Positions 30,867 through 39,831 of a stretch of DNA of 64,000 nt are shown in pieces (position 1 is the stretch's first letter; each line of letters begins with the position of its first letter). Source of the DNA: an uncultured Pelagibacteraceae bacterium. Its GTDB lineage: Bacteria > Pseudomonadota > Alphaproteobacteria > Pelagibacterales > Pelagibacteraceae. The position numbers and the translations under genes are program-made. The notes beneath the pieces were generated by a model, which did no database searches, had not been told where the DNA came from, and was given only the letters and a program-made list of their open reading frames with translations. Location: NCBI GenBank assembly GCA_902616725.1, contig CACMTZ010000002.1, positions 126,811 to 190,810 on the forward strand, given 5' to 3'.

Positions 30867-31782
30867 AATTATCGCTATCCAGGGAAATCATCCTTCTAAA
30901 CTTAACCCTTTAACCGATACAAGTATTTTTTTAGCTCATGAAATACAAAAGAAAAATTATAAAATTTTCTATTATGATCCAAAAGACTTATCTATCATCA
31001 ATTTTAAAATAATTGCTAAAGGATTTTTCATCAAATTTAATTATAGAAAAAAAAGATTTTTTCAAATCTTAAAAAAACAAAAACTAGAGCTAATTAAATG
31101 TAAATATTTACTTATTCGCCAAGATCCACCATTCAATTTAGAATATATTTGTTCAACTCTTATTTTAGATAAAATAAAAAAAAGGGTTAGAATTATTAAT
31201 GATCCAGCGGCAATAAGAAATGTATCTGAAAAACTTTTTTCCACAAAATATCAAAAATTTATGCCAGACACTATTTTTTCTCAAAATATTGATGAAATTA
31301 GAAAGTTTTTTAAAAAACACAAAAAAGTGATTGTTAAACCTATCAATAGCTATAGTGGAAATAACATATATTTATTAACTAAGTTTAATCCAAAATTTTT
31401 TCAAAAATTTATTAAAAAACACAATCATATTATGTGTCAAAAGTACTTACCTAAGATTAAACTGGGAGATAAAAGAGTTTTTTTAATAAATGGTAAAGTT
31501 TGTGGCGCAATATCAAGAATTCCAAAAAAAGGTTCATTTTTAAGCAATTTAAGCAAAGGTGCAAAACCAATAAATATAAAATTAACCAATAAAGAAATGA
31601 AAATATCAAAATTGATTAGTAAAGATTTAAAAAAAGATAAAATTTTCTTTGCTGGAATTGACTTCATAGATGAACAACTTAATGGTGACATAAATGTTAC
31701 ATCACCTACTGGATTAAAAACTTTATACGACCTCTCAAAAATAAATTTAGCCTCAACTTTCTGGAAAGAATTAAAAGCGTGA
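30856..31782 (+). CDS. gshB: glutathione synthetase
   Basis: 308-aa ATP-grasp protein with LIRQDPPF, GDKRVFLINGK and INVTSPTG motifs. Confidence 0.92.
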   Translation: MTNKIIAIQGNHPSKLNPLTDTSIFLAHEIQKKNYKIFYYDPKDLSIINFKIIAKGFFIKFNYRKKRFFQILKKQKLELIKCKYLLIRQDPPFNLEYICSTLILDKIKKRVRIINDPAAIRNVSEKLFSTKYQKFMPDTIFSQNIDEIRKFFKKHKKVIVKPINSYSGNNIYLLTKFNPKFFQKFIKKHNHIMCQKYLPKIKLGDKRVFLINGKVCGAISRIPKKGSFLSNLSKGAKPINIKLTNKEMKISKLISKDLKKDKIFFAGIDFIDEQLNGDINVTSPTGLKTLYDLSKINLASTFWKELKA

Positions 31783-32639
31783 AAAATCTTACAGACCAAC
31801 AAAAAGGATCATTATTGGCTTTTGTTGCTGTAATGTTTATTACACCAGACTCACTATTTATAAGGCTTTCAAATGTAGATACTTGGGGTTTAGTTTTTTA
31901 TAGGGGAATTATTCCTTTTCTGACAGTTTTGATAGGTATGTTAATTATTTATAAGTTAAATTTCTTCAAGATTCTTTTCACAAGTAGTTATCATGGAATA
32001 TTTTATGTAATTACATTTAGTGTAACCAATATAACTTTCGTTGTTTCTATTCAAAATACAAATGTTGCTAATACCTTAGTTATGATAGCGACTGCTCCAA
32101 TGCTATCAGCAATTCTTGGAGCTATATTTCTAAAAGAACCACCTGATAAAAAAACTTGGACCTCTATAATAATTACTTTTTTAGCAATAATATATATTTT
32201 CTACGACTCTTTGAAGTTAGGTAATTTTTATGGAGATATTTTAGGTTTTGTTACTGCAATTGGTCTAGCGGTTGGAGCAGTTATTATCAGATCTGCTAAA
32301 AATAAAAATTTAGTTCCTGCTGCTGTAGTTGGTAAATTATTTGTAGCAACTTTTGCATTACTTTTTATCGAAAGTTTTGCATTAGTTGGTAAAGATCTTT
32401 TGATTGTTCCATTGATGTGTATTTTATGTGTAGCGATACCTTTTGTTTTGGTTACCATTGCGCCAAGGTTTATACCTGCTGCAGAAGTTAATCTTTTTTT
32501 TCTACTAGAAACTATAATTGGTCCAATTTGGGTTTGGTTAATCATAAAAGAACAGCCTAGTTTAGAAACACTTCAGGGGGGTCTAGTTATAATAACCACC
32601 ATCGCAATTCACTCATACTTAAAACTTAAAAATTCTTAA
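31779..32639 (+). CDS. DMT-superfamily (EamA-like) transporter
   Basis: 286 aa with about 10 TM helices and two EamA-like halves. The GTG start overlaps the gshB TGA stop (GTGA). Confidence 0.8.
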   Translation: MKNLTDQQKGSLLAFVAVMFITPDSLFIRLSNVDTWGLVFYRGIIPFLTVLIGMLIIYKLNFFKILFTSSYHGIFYVITFSVTNITFVVSIQNTNVANTLVMIATAPMLSAILGAIFLKEPPDKKTWTSIIITFLAIIYIFYDSLKLGNFYGDILGFVTAIGLAVGAVIIRSAKNKNLVPAAVVGKLFVATFALLFIESFALVGKDLLIVPLMCILCVAIPFVLVTIAPRFIPAAEVNLFFLLETIIGPIWVWLIIKEQPSLETLQGGLVIITTIAIHSYLKLKNS

Positions 32640-32697
32640 GCTTGTCACAATTAAGACTTGATTTAATAATACATCGCGAATAATTACCTCAAATTTT

Positions 32698-34053
32698 ATG
32701 AATAAAGTTTTAAAAAACTCCTGGGCATTATTTTTGGGAATGGGCTTCATCATGATGGCTTATGGATTCCAAGGTTCTCTTCTTGGGGTAAGAGCGGTCC
32801 AAGAAGAATTTAGCCTTACCTCAACTGGATTTATGATGTCTGGTTATTTTGTAGGTTACTTTATTGGTGCTGCAACTATTCCAAATATAATTTCGAGAGT
32901 TGGTCACATAAGAGTTTTTGCAGCTTTTGCATCTTTAGCCTCATTAGTTGTTTTAGTTCACTCAGTAATAATTCATCCATTCATATGGTTTCTATTAAGA
33001 ATACTTACCGGGGTGAGTATGGTCTGCATTTATACAGTTGCAGAAAGTTGGTTAAATGACAGATCAAGTAATAAAAATCGAGGTAGCGTACTTTCTATTT
33101 ATATGGTCATACTTTATGGAACTATGGGAATCGGTATGTTTTTACTAAATTTTAGTAGTCCTAAAAACTTTCAACCCTTTATATTAGTTTCAGTAATTAC
33201 CTCTGCAGCTTTAATACCAATTTTACTTACTAAAAAGAAACCACCTAACTTTAAAAAAATACAAGCAATGAATATGAGAGAATTATATGACGCTTCACCT
33301 TTTGGTATGGTGAGCTCTCTTTTTTATGGAACAATACAATCGGCTTTATTCACATTGCTAGCAGTTTATGCTACCTCCATGAACTTCACCATTTTAGAAA
33401 TATCAATTGTAACTTTCTTGTTAGCAATTTCAGGTGCAGTAGCCCAATTTCCAGTTGGTAAAATTTCAGATATTTACGATAGAAGAAGAGTAATTGTGTT
33501 TTCAACATTCGGAGCGGCAATATTCGCAATAATTGCAATATTTGTTTCAAGGCAAATGTATTTACCAGGTGGTCTTGCAACTAGCAAAACATGGTTTTAT
33601 TTTTTCTTTATTCTTTTTTCATTTTGTAGTTTACCAATGTTTTCTTTAATCCTAGCACATACAAATGATTATATCTCAAAAGAAAAATTTGTTGCAGCTG
33701 GTGCGGGACTGCAATTTGCTTTTGGATTAGGAGCAATGAGTGGGCCATTTCTTTGTTCAATATTTATGGATTTGGTTGGACCAAATGGTTTCTTTGTCTT
33801 TTTATTCATTTTTCATTCTCTAATTGGATTTTTTGGAATATATAGAATGAAAGTAAGAAAAACTGTTGAAAATCCTGACTCTCAGTTCGTAGCTATGCCA
33901 CAGACCATTACACCAGCAGGTATTGAACTTAATCCTACTACTGAACACATAGAGGAACCATATTCAGAAAAAGTTAAAGAAATTTTAGAGAGAAAAGGTG
34001 TAAAATATAAAAAAGACGAGAACGAAGATAAAAAAGAAGAAGCGACATACTAA
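32698..34053 (+). CDS. MFS transporter
   Basis: 451 aa with about 12 TM helices, a D-R-x-x-R-R-like loop (DIYDRRRV) and a hydrophilic C-terminal tail. Confidence 0.8.
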   Translation: MNKVLKNSWALFLGMGFIMMAYGFQGSLLGVRAVQEEFSLTSTGFMMSGYFVGYFIGAATIPNIISRVGHIRVFAAFASLASLVVLVHSVIIHPFIWFLLRILTGVSMVCIYTVAESWLNDRSSNKNRGSVLSIYMVILYGTMGIGMFLLNFSSPKNFQPFILVSVITSAALIPILLTKKKPPNFKKIQAMNMRELYDASPFGMVSSLFYGTIQSALFTLLAVYATSMNFTILEISIVTFLLAISGAVAQFPVGKISDIYDRRRVIVFSTFGAAIFAIIAIFVSRQMYLPGGLATSKTWFYFFFILFSFCSLPMFSLILAHTNDYISKEKFVAAGAGLQFAFGLGAMSGPFLCSIFMDLVGPNGFFVFLFIFHSLIGFFGIYRMKVRKTVENPDSQFVAMPQTITPAGIELNPTTEHIEEPYSEKVKEILERKGVKYKKDENEDKKEEATY

Positions 34054-34162
34054 ATATATCCCTTTCAGGTTGTAACTCATTTTAGTCAGACTACATAGAT
34101 TTTTTTAAGAATCTTATTGAATAATTTACATTTATCTAGTGAAATAATTAAAAATTAAAAAA

Positions 34163-34894
34163 ATGCCATTAAAAAAAAAGAAAACAAAAATTAAAAAAAA
34201 AACTAACGGACTTGCTAAAATAGCATCGTTTACAACAAGTTCGCTAAGTAGTGCATTATCCAATTATAAGAAAAAAAAAGAACAAGAAAAAATCAAAGCT
34301 ATTAAATTACAAAAACTTGAGGAAAGAAATTCTTATCAAAAAGAAAAAAAAGAATTGAAACTTTGGGAGGACAGGCTCAATAAGGAGAGTAGTAAAATTC
34401 GCTCAAATGAAGAAGAGCTAAGGATAAGAGAAAAAGAAATTAGGTCTAAAGAAGATCAACAAAAAATTGAAAGTGAAAGACTAACGAAAAAAGATGAGGA
34501 GTTAGTACTTGTTGCAAAAGAATTAAGAGAAAAAGAAAAACAATTAAAAACTAGGGAAGAAGAGCAAAATAGAAAAGATATTGATTTAAAAGTAAGAGAA
34601 GATGAACAAAAAAATAAAGAATTAAAAGAGCAAAGACGTAAAAATAGAGAGTTAAAAATATTGAAAGAAGAGGAAGATAGACAAAAAGAAGCTGAGTTTA
34701 TCAAAATAAGAGAGTGGGAAGAAAAATTTGATAGAGATCAAAAGCAAAAAGAACAAGAAGAAATAAGACGTGAACAAAGACTTATTCAAAAAGAAATAGA
34801 AAAAAGAGCAAGATTTGATGAAATTGACAAAAATCTTAAAAGTTCATCAAGTGGATTAGAGAATTTTAATATAGATAAATCTAAAGAAAATTAA
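34163..34894 (+). CDS. Lys/Glu/Arg-rich predicted coiled-coil protein, function unknown
   Basis: 243 aa with a basic N-terminus (MPLKKKKTKIKKK), then about 170 aa of uninterrupted charged heptad-like sequence (…EELRIREKEIRSKEDQQKIESERL…). It has strong purine-rich coding-strand bias. No TM segment or signal peptide. Confidence 0.55.
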   Translation: MPLKKKKTKIKKKTNGLAKIASFTTSSLSSALSNYKKKKEQEKIKAIKLQKLEERNSYQKEKKELKLWEDRLNKESSKIRSNEEELRIREKEIRSKEDQQKIESERLTKKDEELVLVAKELREKEKQLKTREEEQNRKDIDLKVREDEQKNKELKEQRRKNRELKILKEEEDRQKEAEFIKIREWEEKFDRDQKQKEQEEIRREQRLIQKEIEKRARFDEIDKNLKSSSSGLENFNIDKSKEN

Positions 34895-34901
34895 TCTTTT
34901 T

Positions 34902-36017
34902 TTATTGTTTCGGAAAATAATCTTTGATTTCACCTTCTCTATAAACATCAGCAGTACAACAATGAAGTCCACCTCCAAAAGCATAAGCATCTCTTAAATC
35001 TACTGGGATTACCTCCATACCTAACTTGTCTAATTGTTCTGCCTGATATTTTTCACTTTTTTCAACACAAACTGTTTTAGGATCTAACACTAAAACATTC
35101 ATTGAAAGCCAAACAGATGAATAACAAAGTGGTGGTGGCTCATTATGAGCTGGTTGAGCGGCATCAATTATCTCCCATCCATTATTTTCGAATAATTTTC
35201 TTTGATCTTTAGGTAATTTTCTTTGAGGATTATTTATAATCAAACCTTCTTTTATAGGAGTAAAGGTTGCATCTATATGTATTGGATATGGGTCACCCGG
35301 AAAGTTTACTGCATGAATTCTATGATCTTTAAAATGTCTTTTTAACCAATCAATACCTTTTAAATTTGTGGTGAAACCGTGTTGTACAATTAAGTCTTTT
35401 CCAAATCGAAGTATGTCTGCTGCATCAAATAAAGGTTCTTCCTCAGTTGTTACAAAAAATTTATCTTCAGTCCACTTTAACCTTTTTTCAATTCCTATTT
35501 TATCAGACAAATAATCTTCCCTGTAATCTGCATCTGTTAATCTTGGTTTAGGAGCTGACTCATGTCTCATGTTCGGGTCTGAATTATAATATTCTTTTAA
35601 AAGAGGTCGGTAGCAAAGATATTCAAACCATCTGCATCTATAACTCATAGTAGCTTCTAAAATTTCATTGCCGACAGTCAATAAAACATCTCTTGGGGGC
35701 ATACAACCAAACATAGTTTCAACTTTCCAGTCAGGGGTTGAAATATTTTGATTAAAATCAATTGGTGTTGGTCTATCTACTTTAATACCACGCTTAGATA
35801 ACATTTCTGAAAAATCATTTAACAATTGATTAGCTTTATCTATTGTATCTTTTGTTCTTGGACCAAATTTACCTTTCATATCAGAGTCTTCAGGAACTTT
35901 AGCATCAAGCGCTGGTTCAGGGGCTGGAATACATACACCATCTGCCCTGCCAACAATTACATGTTTTAATGGATCCCACTCATTCCAACTATTTACAATG
36001 ATTTTATCTCTATCCAT
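34902..36017 (-). CDS. amidinotransferase, glycine amidinotransferase (AGAT/GATM)-like
   Basis: 371 aa that looks alignable end to end with my recollection of vertebrate AGAT / StrB1: VNSWNEWDPLKHVIVGRADG, LFDAADILRFGKDL (Asp), PYPIHIDATF (His) and FGGGLHCCTADV (nucleophilic Cys). Confidence 0.8.
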   Translation of the reverse strand: MDRDKIIVNSWNEWDPLKHVIVGRADGVCIPAPEPALDAKVPEDSDMKGKFGPRTKDTIDKANQLLNDFSEMLSKRGIKVDRPTPIDFNQNISTPDWKVETMFGCMPPRDVLLTVGNEILEATMSYRCRWFEYLCYRPLLKEYYNSDPNMRHESAPKPRLTDADYREDYLSDKIGIEKRLKWTEDKFFVTTEEEPLFDAADILRFGKDLIVQHGFTTNLKGIDWLKRHFKDHRIHAVNFPGDPYPIHIDATFTPIKEGLIINNPQRKLPKDQRKLFENNGWEIIDAAQPAHNEPPPLCYSSVWLSMNVLVLDPKTVCVEKSEKYQAEQLDKLGMEVIPVDLRDAYAFGGGLHCCTADVYREGEIKDYFPKQ

Positions 36018-36022
36018 TAAAT

Positions 36023-36928
36023 TTAATTTAGTGCGATGTATCTCTTATTCCACCTCATGATAAGACTATAATAAATAAGTGAAACAAACAGAAAGAAACC
36101 ACCTACTATTGTGTTAGTAGATGGAATTTCATTAATCCCAAACAATGGTAACCATACCCAAAAAATTCCTCCAATAACCTCTGTCAGAGACAATAATGTT
36201 AACTCTGCAGCTTGGATTGCTTTAGATCCTATAGAATATAAAATAAGACCTAAACACACTAATACCCCATGTAAAGAAAACATTGCACTATTATAACTTG
36301 TAGCAAAAAAAGTTTGTTTATTAACCAAAATCATAATCGTAGCAGTTATAAAACAAAATAAACCGGCTACAGCGACTGTTGTAAATTTTGGAGTTTCTTT
36401 CCTCCATCTTAAAGTGACTGAAAAAATTGAAAATCCGATTGATGATGTAAGTCCAAAAACAAAACCTATTAAAGAATTTTTTTCAGTATTACCAACAGCC
36501 ATGATTATAATACCCACAGTTGCAATAAGCATTGATATCCAAACATTAAGAGAAATTTTTTCTTTTAAAAATAAAAAAGCTAATAATGCAGTAAAAAAAG
36601 GCATTGCAGCTAAACATAATAAAGTAATTGCTGCAGTAGTGTTTGTAATTGAATAAATAAATGAAATCATTGCAATACCAAGACCAATTCCACCAACGAG
36701 TCCTGATTTACCTACTTTTTTGTAATTTTTATAAAAATTTATTCCTTCTTCAAAATATAAATATAAATTTAAAATAATAAAAATAGTTAAACCTCTACCA
36801 AAAATATATTGCCAAGGGACCATATGAGGATCATTCATATATCTCACTACCAAGGGACCAAACGACCAAAGTATCCCTGCAAATAAAACGACCGGTACAG
36901 CTATTTTTTCATTTCTTAGTTCAACCAT
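36023..36928 (-). CDS. DMT-superfamily (EamA-like) transporter
   Basis: 301 aa with about 10 TM helices. It lies 5 bp upstream of the amidinotransferase on the same strand. Confidence 0.8.
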   Translation of the reverse strand: MVELRNEKIAVPVVLFAGILWSFGPLVVRYMNDPHMVPWQYIFGRGLTIFIILNLYLYFEEGINFYKNYKKVGKSGLVGGIGLGIAMISFIYSITNTTAAITLLCLAAMPFFTALLAFLFLKEKISLNVWISMLIATVGIIIMAVGNTEKNSLIGFVFGLTSSIGFSIFSVTLRWRKETPKFTTVAVAGLFCFITATIMILVNKQTFFATSYNSAMFSLHGVLVCLGLILYSIGSKAIQAAELTLLSLTEVIGGIFWVWLPLFGINEIPSTNTIVGGFFLFVSLIYYSLIMRWNKRYIALN

Positions 36929-37014
36929 AATCGACTATTTAGATCTAATTGATTAGTACTACAACATAAATTAAATTGTTATACAAAGTATTAGCACTAA
37001 TATAATAAATTAAT

Positions 37015-37413
37015 ATGAATTTAGATATTCTTAAAATAGCCTCTGATACCAACAATAACAAAAGTATCAAAAACTATACGCACCACTCAAAATTGAAAAA
37101 TTCAATGTGCGGTGATGAGATGCAAATAGATTTGGTTATCAAAAAAAATAAAATTGTTGATTTTGGTTATCAAGGTAAGTCATGTGTTTATTGTCAGGCT
37201 TCTGCAAGCTTACTTTCAAAAATTTCAATGAATGAAAATAAATCTAAAATTAATGAATTGTGCGATGATGCAAAACATTATTTTGAGGGAAACGTTGAAA
37301 ATATTGAAAAAAAATGGAAATCGCTTAATAAAATATTTAATGATAAAAATCTATCTCGTAAAGAATGTATTTTATTACCTTTTAAAACAATTAAAAAGAT
37401 AGTATCAAAATAA
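37015..37413 (+). CDS. SufU/IscU-like (NifU N-terminal family) Fe-S cluster scaffold protein
   Basis: 132 aa with three scaffold-type cysteines in context: NSMCGDEMQIDL, GKSCVYCQASASLL and RKECILLPF. Confidence 0.7.
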   Translation: MNLDILKIASDTNNNKSIKNYTHHSKLKNSMCGDEMQIDLVIKKNKIVDFGYQGKSCVYCQASASLLSKISMNENKSKINELCDDAKHYFEGNVENIEKKWKSLNKIFNDKNLSRKECILLPFKTIKKIVSK

Positions 37414-37417
37414 TCTC

Positions 37418-37882
37418 ATGGGTAATTTAAAACAATCTTTTATTGCAGGATTATTTTCAATTATCACTATAGGTATTTTAACTTTATTGACTTATAAAAC
37501 TGAATTTGGGATTTTTCTTATTGCATCTTTTGGATCATCAATGGTTCTGTTGTATGGATATCCTGAAAGCCCCTTTGCCCAACCCAAAAATGTTTTTTTT
37601 GGGCATTTAGTAACTGCAACTGTAGGAATGTTTTTTTTATATTTAATTCCTTTGCCATTATTTATAATTATACCATTGGCAGTTGGTTTTGGAGTGGGTC
37701 TAATGATATTGTTAAATGTAACTCATCCACCTGCGGGTGGAAATCCAATTATAGTTATTATGGGCAGTGTCTCACTAGACTATTTGTTAAGCCCAATAAT
37801 TTTGGGATCAATAATTATTCTGGTTTTTGCTATTATAATTAATAAATTTATACTTAAAAAGAATTATCCAAAAACAAAATAA
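37418..37882 (+). CDS. HPP-family membrane protein
   Basis: 154 aa with 4 TM helices and the eponymous THPPAGGNP motif. It lies 4 bp after the SufU-like gene. Confidence 0.75.
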   Translation: MGNLKQSFIAGLFSIITIGILTLLTYKTEFGIFLIASFGSSMVLLYGYPESPFAQPKNVFFGHLVTATVGMFFLYLIPLPLFIIIPLAVGFGVGLMILLNVTHPPAGGNPIIVIMGSVSLDYLLSPIILGSIIILVFAIIINKFILKKNYPKTK

Positions 37883-37958
37883 TTTGTTTGCTAGCGACAT
37901 TAAAATAATGTTAGATGTCTCAAATAAATTAATGATTGAAAGTAACGCAGGAGAATAA

Positions 37959-39158
37959 ATGAAAATATTATGTGTATTATATGATGATCCAAAAGGAGGA
38001 ATGCCTAAATCATACCCACTTAAAGATCTTCCTAAGCTAGAAAAATATCCAGATGGGATGACCTTACCTTCACCAAAAGGAAGAGATTTTAATCCTGGAG
38101 AATTGTTAGGATGTGTTTCAGGAGAATTGGGATTAAGAAAATTTTTAGAAAGTAATGGACATGAGTTAGTAGTTACTAATAGTAAAGACGGAGATGGATG
38201 TGAGGCTGATAAACATATCGTTGACGCTGATATAGTTATTTCTCAACCTTTTTTTCCATACTACTTAACTAAAGAAAGAATTGCTAAAGCAAAAAACTTA
38301 AAAATGGCTATTACAGCTGGAATTGGCTCTGATCACGTAGATTTACAAGCAGCTATGGATAACAAAATTGATGTAGTTGAAGTAACTTTTTGTAATTCAA
38401 GATCTGTTGCTGAACACATTGTAATGATGATTGTATCAATGGTGAGAGACTATCACAATCAACATAGAATTGTTAATGAAGGTGGATGGAACATAGCAGA
38501 TGCTGTGCAAAGATCTTATGATGTTGAAGGTATGCACATCGGAACTGTTGCTGCTGGCCGTATCGGTTTAGATGCATTAAGAAAAATGAAACCATTTGAT
38601 GTACACTTGCATTATTTTGATAGACATAAATTACCAGATAGTGTTGAAAAAGAATTAAACCTAACATTTCATGAGTCAGTAGAGTCTATGGTTAAAGTTT
38701 GTGATGTCGTGACAATAAATTGTCCCCTCCATCCTGAGACTGAGAACTTATTTGACGATGCAATGATAAGCAAAATGAAAAAAGGTGCTTATATCGTAAA
38801 CACTGCAAGAGGTAAAATTTGTAATCGTGATGCAATCGCAAAAGCATTGAAGAGTGGTCAACTAAGTGGTTACGCTGGAGACGTTTGGTTTCCACAGCCA
38901 GCTCCAAATGATCATGTATGGAGAACAATGCCTAACCATGGAATGACACCTCATACTTCTGGAACATCTTTGTCAGCTCAAACAAGATATGCTGATGGTG
39001 TAAGAGAAATCTTAGAATGTTTCTTTGAAGGAAAAGAAATTAGAGATCAATATCTTATCGTCAAAGATGGACAATTAGCTGGAATGGGTGCTCACTCATA
39101 CAGTAAAGGATCTGCCACAGGTGGTTCTGAAGAAGCAGCTAAATATAAGAAAAAATAA
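37959..39158 (+). CDS. fdh: NAD-dependent formate dehydrogenase
   Basis: 399 aa, near-collinear with my recollection of Pseudomonas sp. 101 FDH: MKILCVLYDDP, GSDHVDL, TVAAGRIGL, PLHPETE, GDVWFPQPAP and the C-terminal GGSEEAAKYKKK. A strong SD (AGGAG) lies 6 nt upstream. Confidence 0.95.
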   Translation: MKILCVLYDDPKGGMPKSYPLKDLPKLEKYPDGMTLPSPKGRDFNPGELLGCVSGELGLRKFLESNGHELVVTNSKDGDGCEADKHIVDADIVISQPFFPYYLTKERIAKAKNLKMAITAGIGSDHVDLQAAMDNKIDVVEVTFCNSRSVAEHIVMMIVSMVRDYHNQHRIVNEGGWNIADAVQRSYDVEGMHIGTVAAGRIGLDALRKMKPFDVHLHYFDRHKLPDSVEKELNLTFHESVESMVKVCDVVTINCPLHPETENLFDDAMISKMKKGAYIVNTARGKICNRDAIAKALKSGQLSGYAGDVWFPQPAPNDHVWRTMPNHGMTPHTSGTSLSAQTRYADGVREILECFFEGKEIRDQYLIVKDGQLAGMGAHSYSKGSATGGSEEAAKYKKK

Positions 39159-39170
39159 ATCATTCTTTTA

Positions 39171-39212
39171 ATTATTAAAGGTAAGCTACTTAAGGTAGCT
39201 ACCTTTAATAAT
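39171..39212 (+). terminator. strong stem-loop after fdh (putative terminator / RNA-stabilising hairpin)
   Basis: 18-bp stem (39171-39189 with 39195-39212) with one bulged A at 39184 and the 5-nt loop TTAAG. It starts 13 nt after the fdh stop. No canonical U-tract follows directly. Confidence 0.5.
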
Positions 39213-39250
39213 CTAGACTCAATTCCCAATTTTTGTATAAATTTTTAGTC

Positions 39251-39826
39251 ATGAAATTTTTATTATTTATATTTTTAAAATTAATAATTACAAATTCAGT
39301 ATTGGCATCTGAAAAAAGTAAAGCATATTTTGCTGGTGGTTGTTTCTGGTGCATGGAAGAGTCTTTTGAAAAATTAACAGGTGTTGAGAAAGTGATTTCA
39401 GGATACTCTGGAGGAAAAACTGAAAATCCAACCTATGAAGAAGTTACCTATGGAAATACAGGTCACCTCGAAGTTGTAGAGGTAATTTATGATGCAAGTT
39501 TAATATCCTTCGAAGAATTACTTAAAAATTTTTGGCTCAACATAGATCCATTTGATCCTTATGGTCAGTTTTGCGACAAAGGTTATAGTTACAGATCTGC
39601 AGCTTTTTATACAAATCAAAAGGAAAAAGATTTAATTGAAAAAGATTTTAAAAGACTAGAAAAAAAATTTAATAAAAAAGTTGTAACTTATATAAGAGAA
39701 TTTGAAAAATTTTATATAGCTGAGGATCGTCATCAAGATTATTATCAAGTATATTTTCTTAATTATTTAAAATATAAAAAGGCTTGTAGAAGAGAAGAGA
39801 TTTTAAATAGAATTTGGAAAATGTAG
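39251..39826 (+). CDS. msrA: peptide-methionine (S)-S-oxide reductase MsrA, exported form
   Basis: GGCFWCME active site and YHQDYY-like RHQDYY. The N-terminal signal peptide is MKFLLFIFLKLIITNSVLAS. I prefer the ATG at 39251 to the TTG at 39233. Confidence 0.9.
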   Translation: MKFLLFIFLKLIITNSVLASEKSKAYFAGGCFWCMEESFEKLTGVEKVISGYSGGKTENPTYEEVTYGNTGHLEVVEVIYDASLISFEELLKNFWLNIDPFDPYGQFCDKGYSYRSAAFYTNQKEKDLIEKDFKRLEKKFNKKVVTYIREFEKFYIAEDRHQDYYQVYFLNYLKYKKACRREEILNRIWKM

Positions 39827-39831
39827 TAATT

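Noticed and set aside
37959-39158. fdh as a horizontally acquired gene because it looks slightly more GC-rich than its neighbours
   Set aside because: I could not compute composition. Other highly conserved enzymes here (gcvP, the amidinotransferase, the DAO flavoprotein) look similarly enriched. No mobility genes or repeats flank it.
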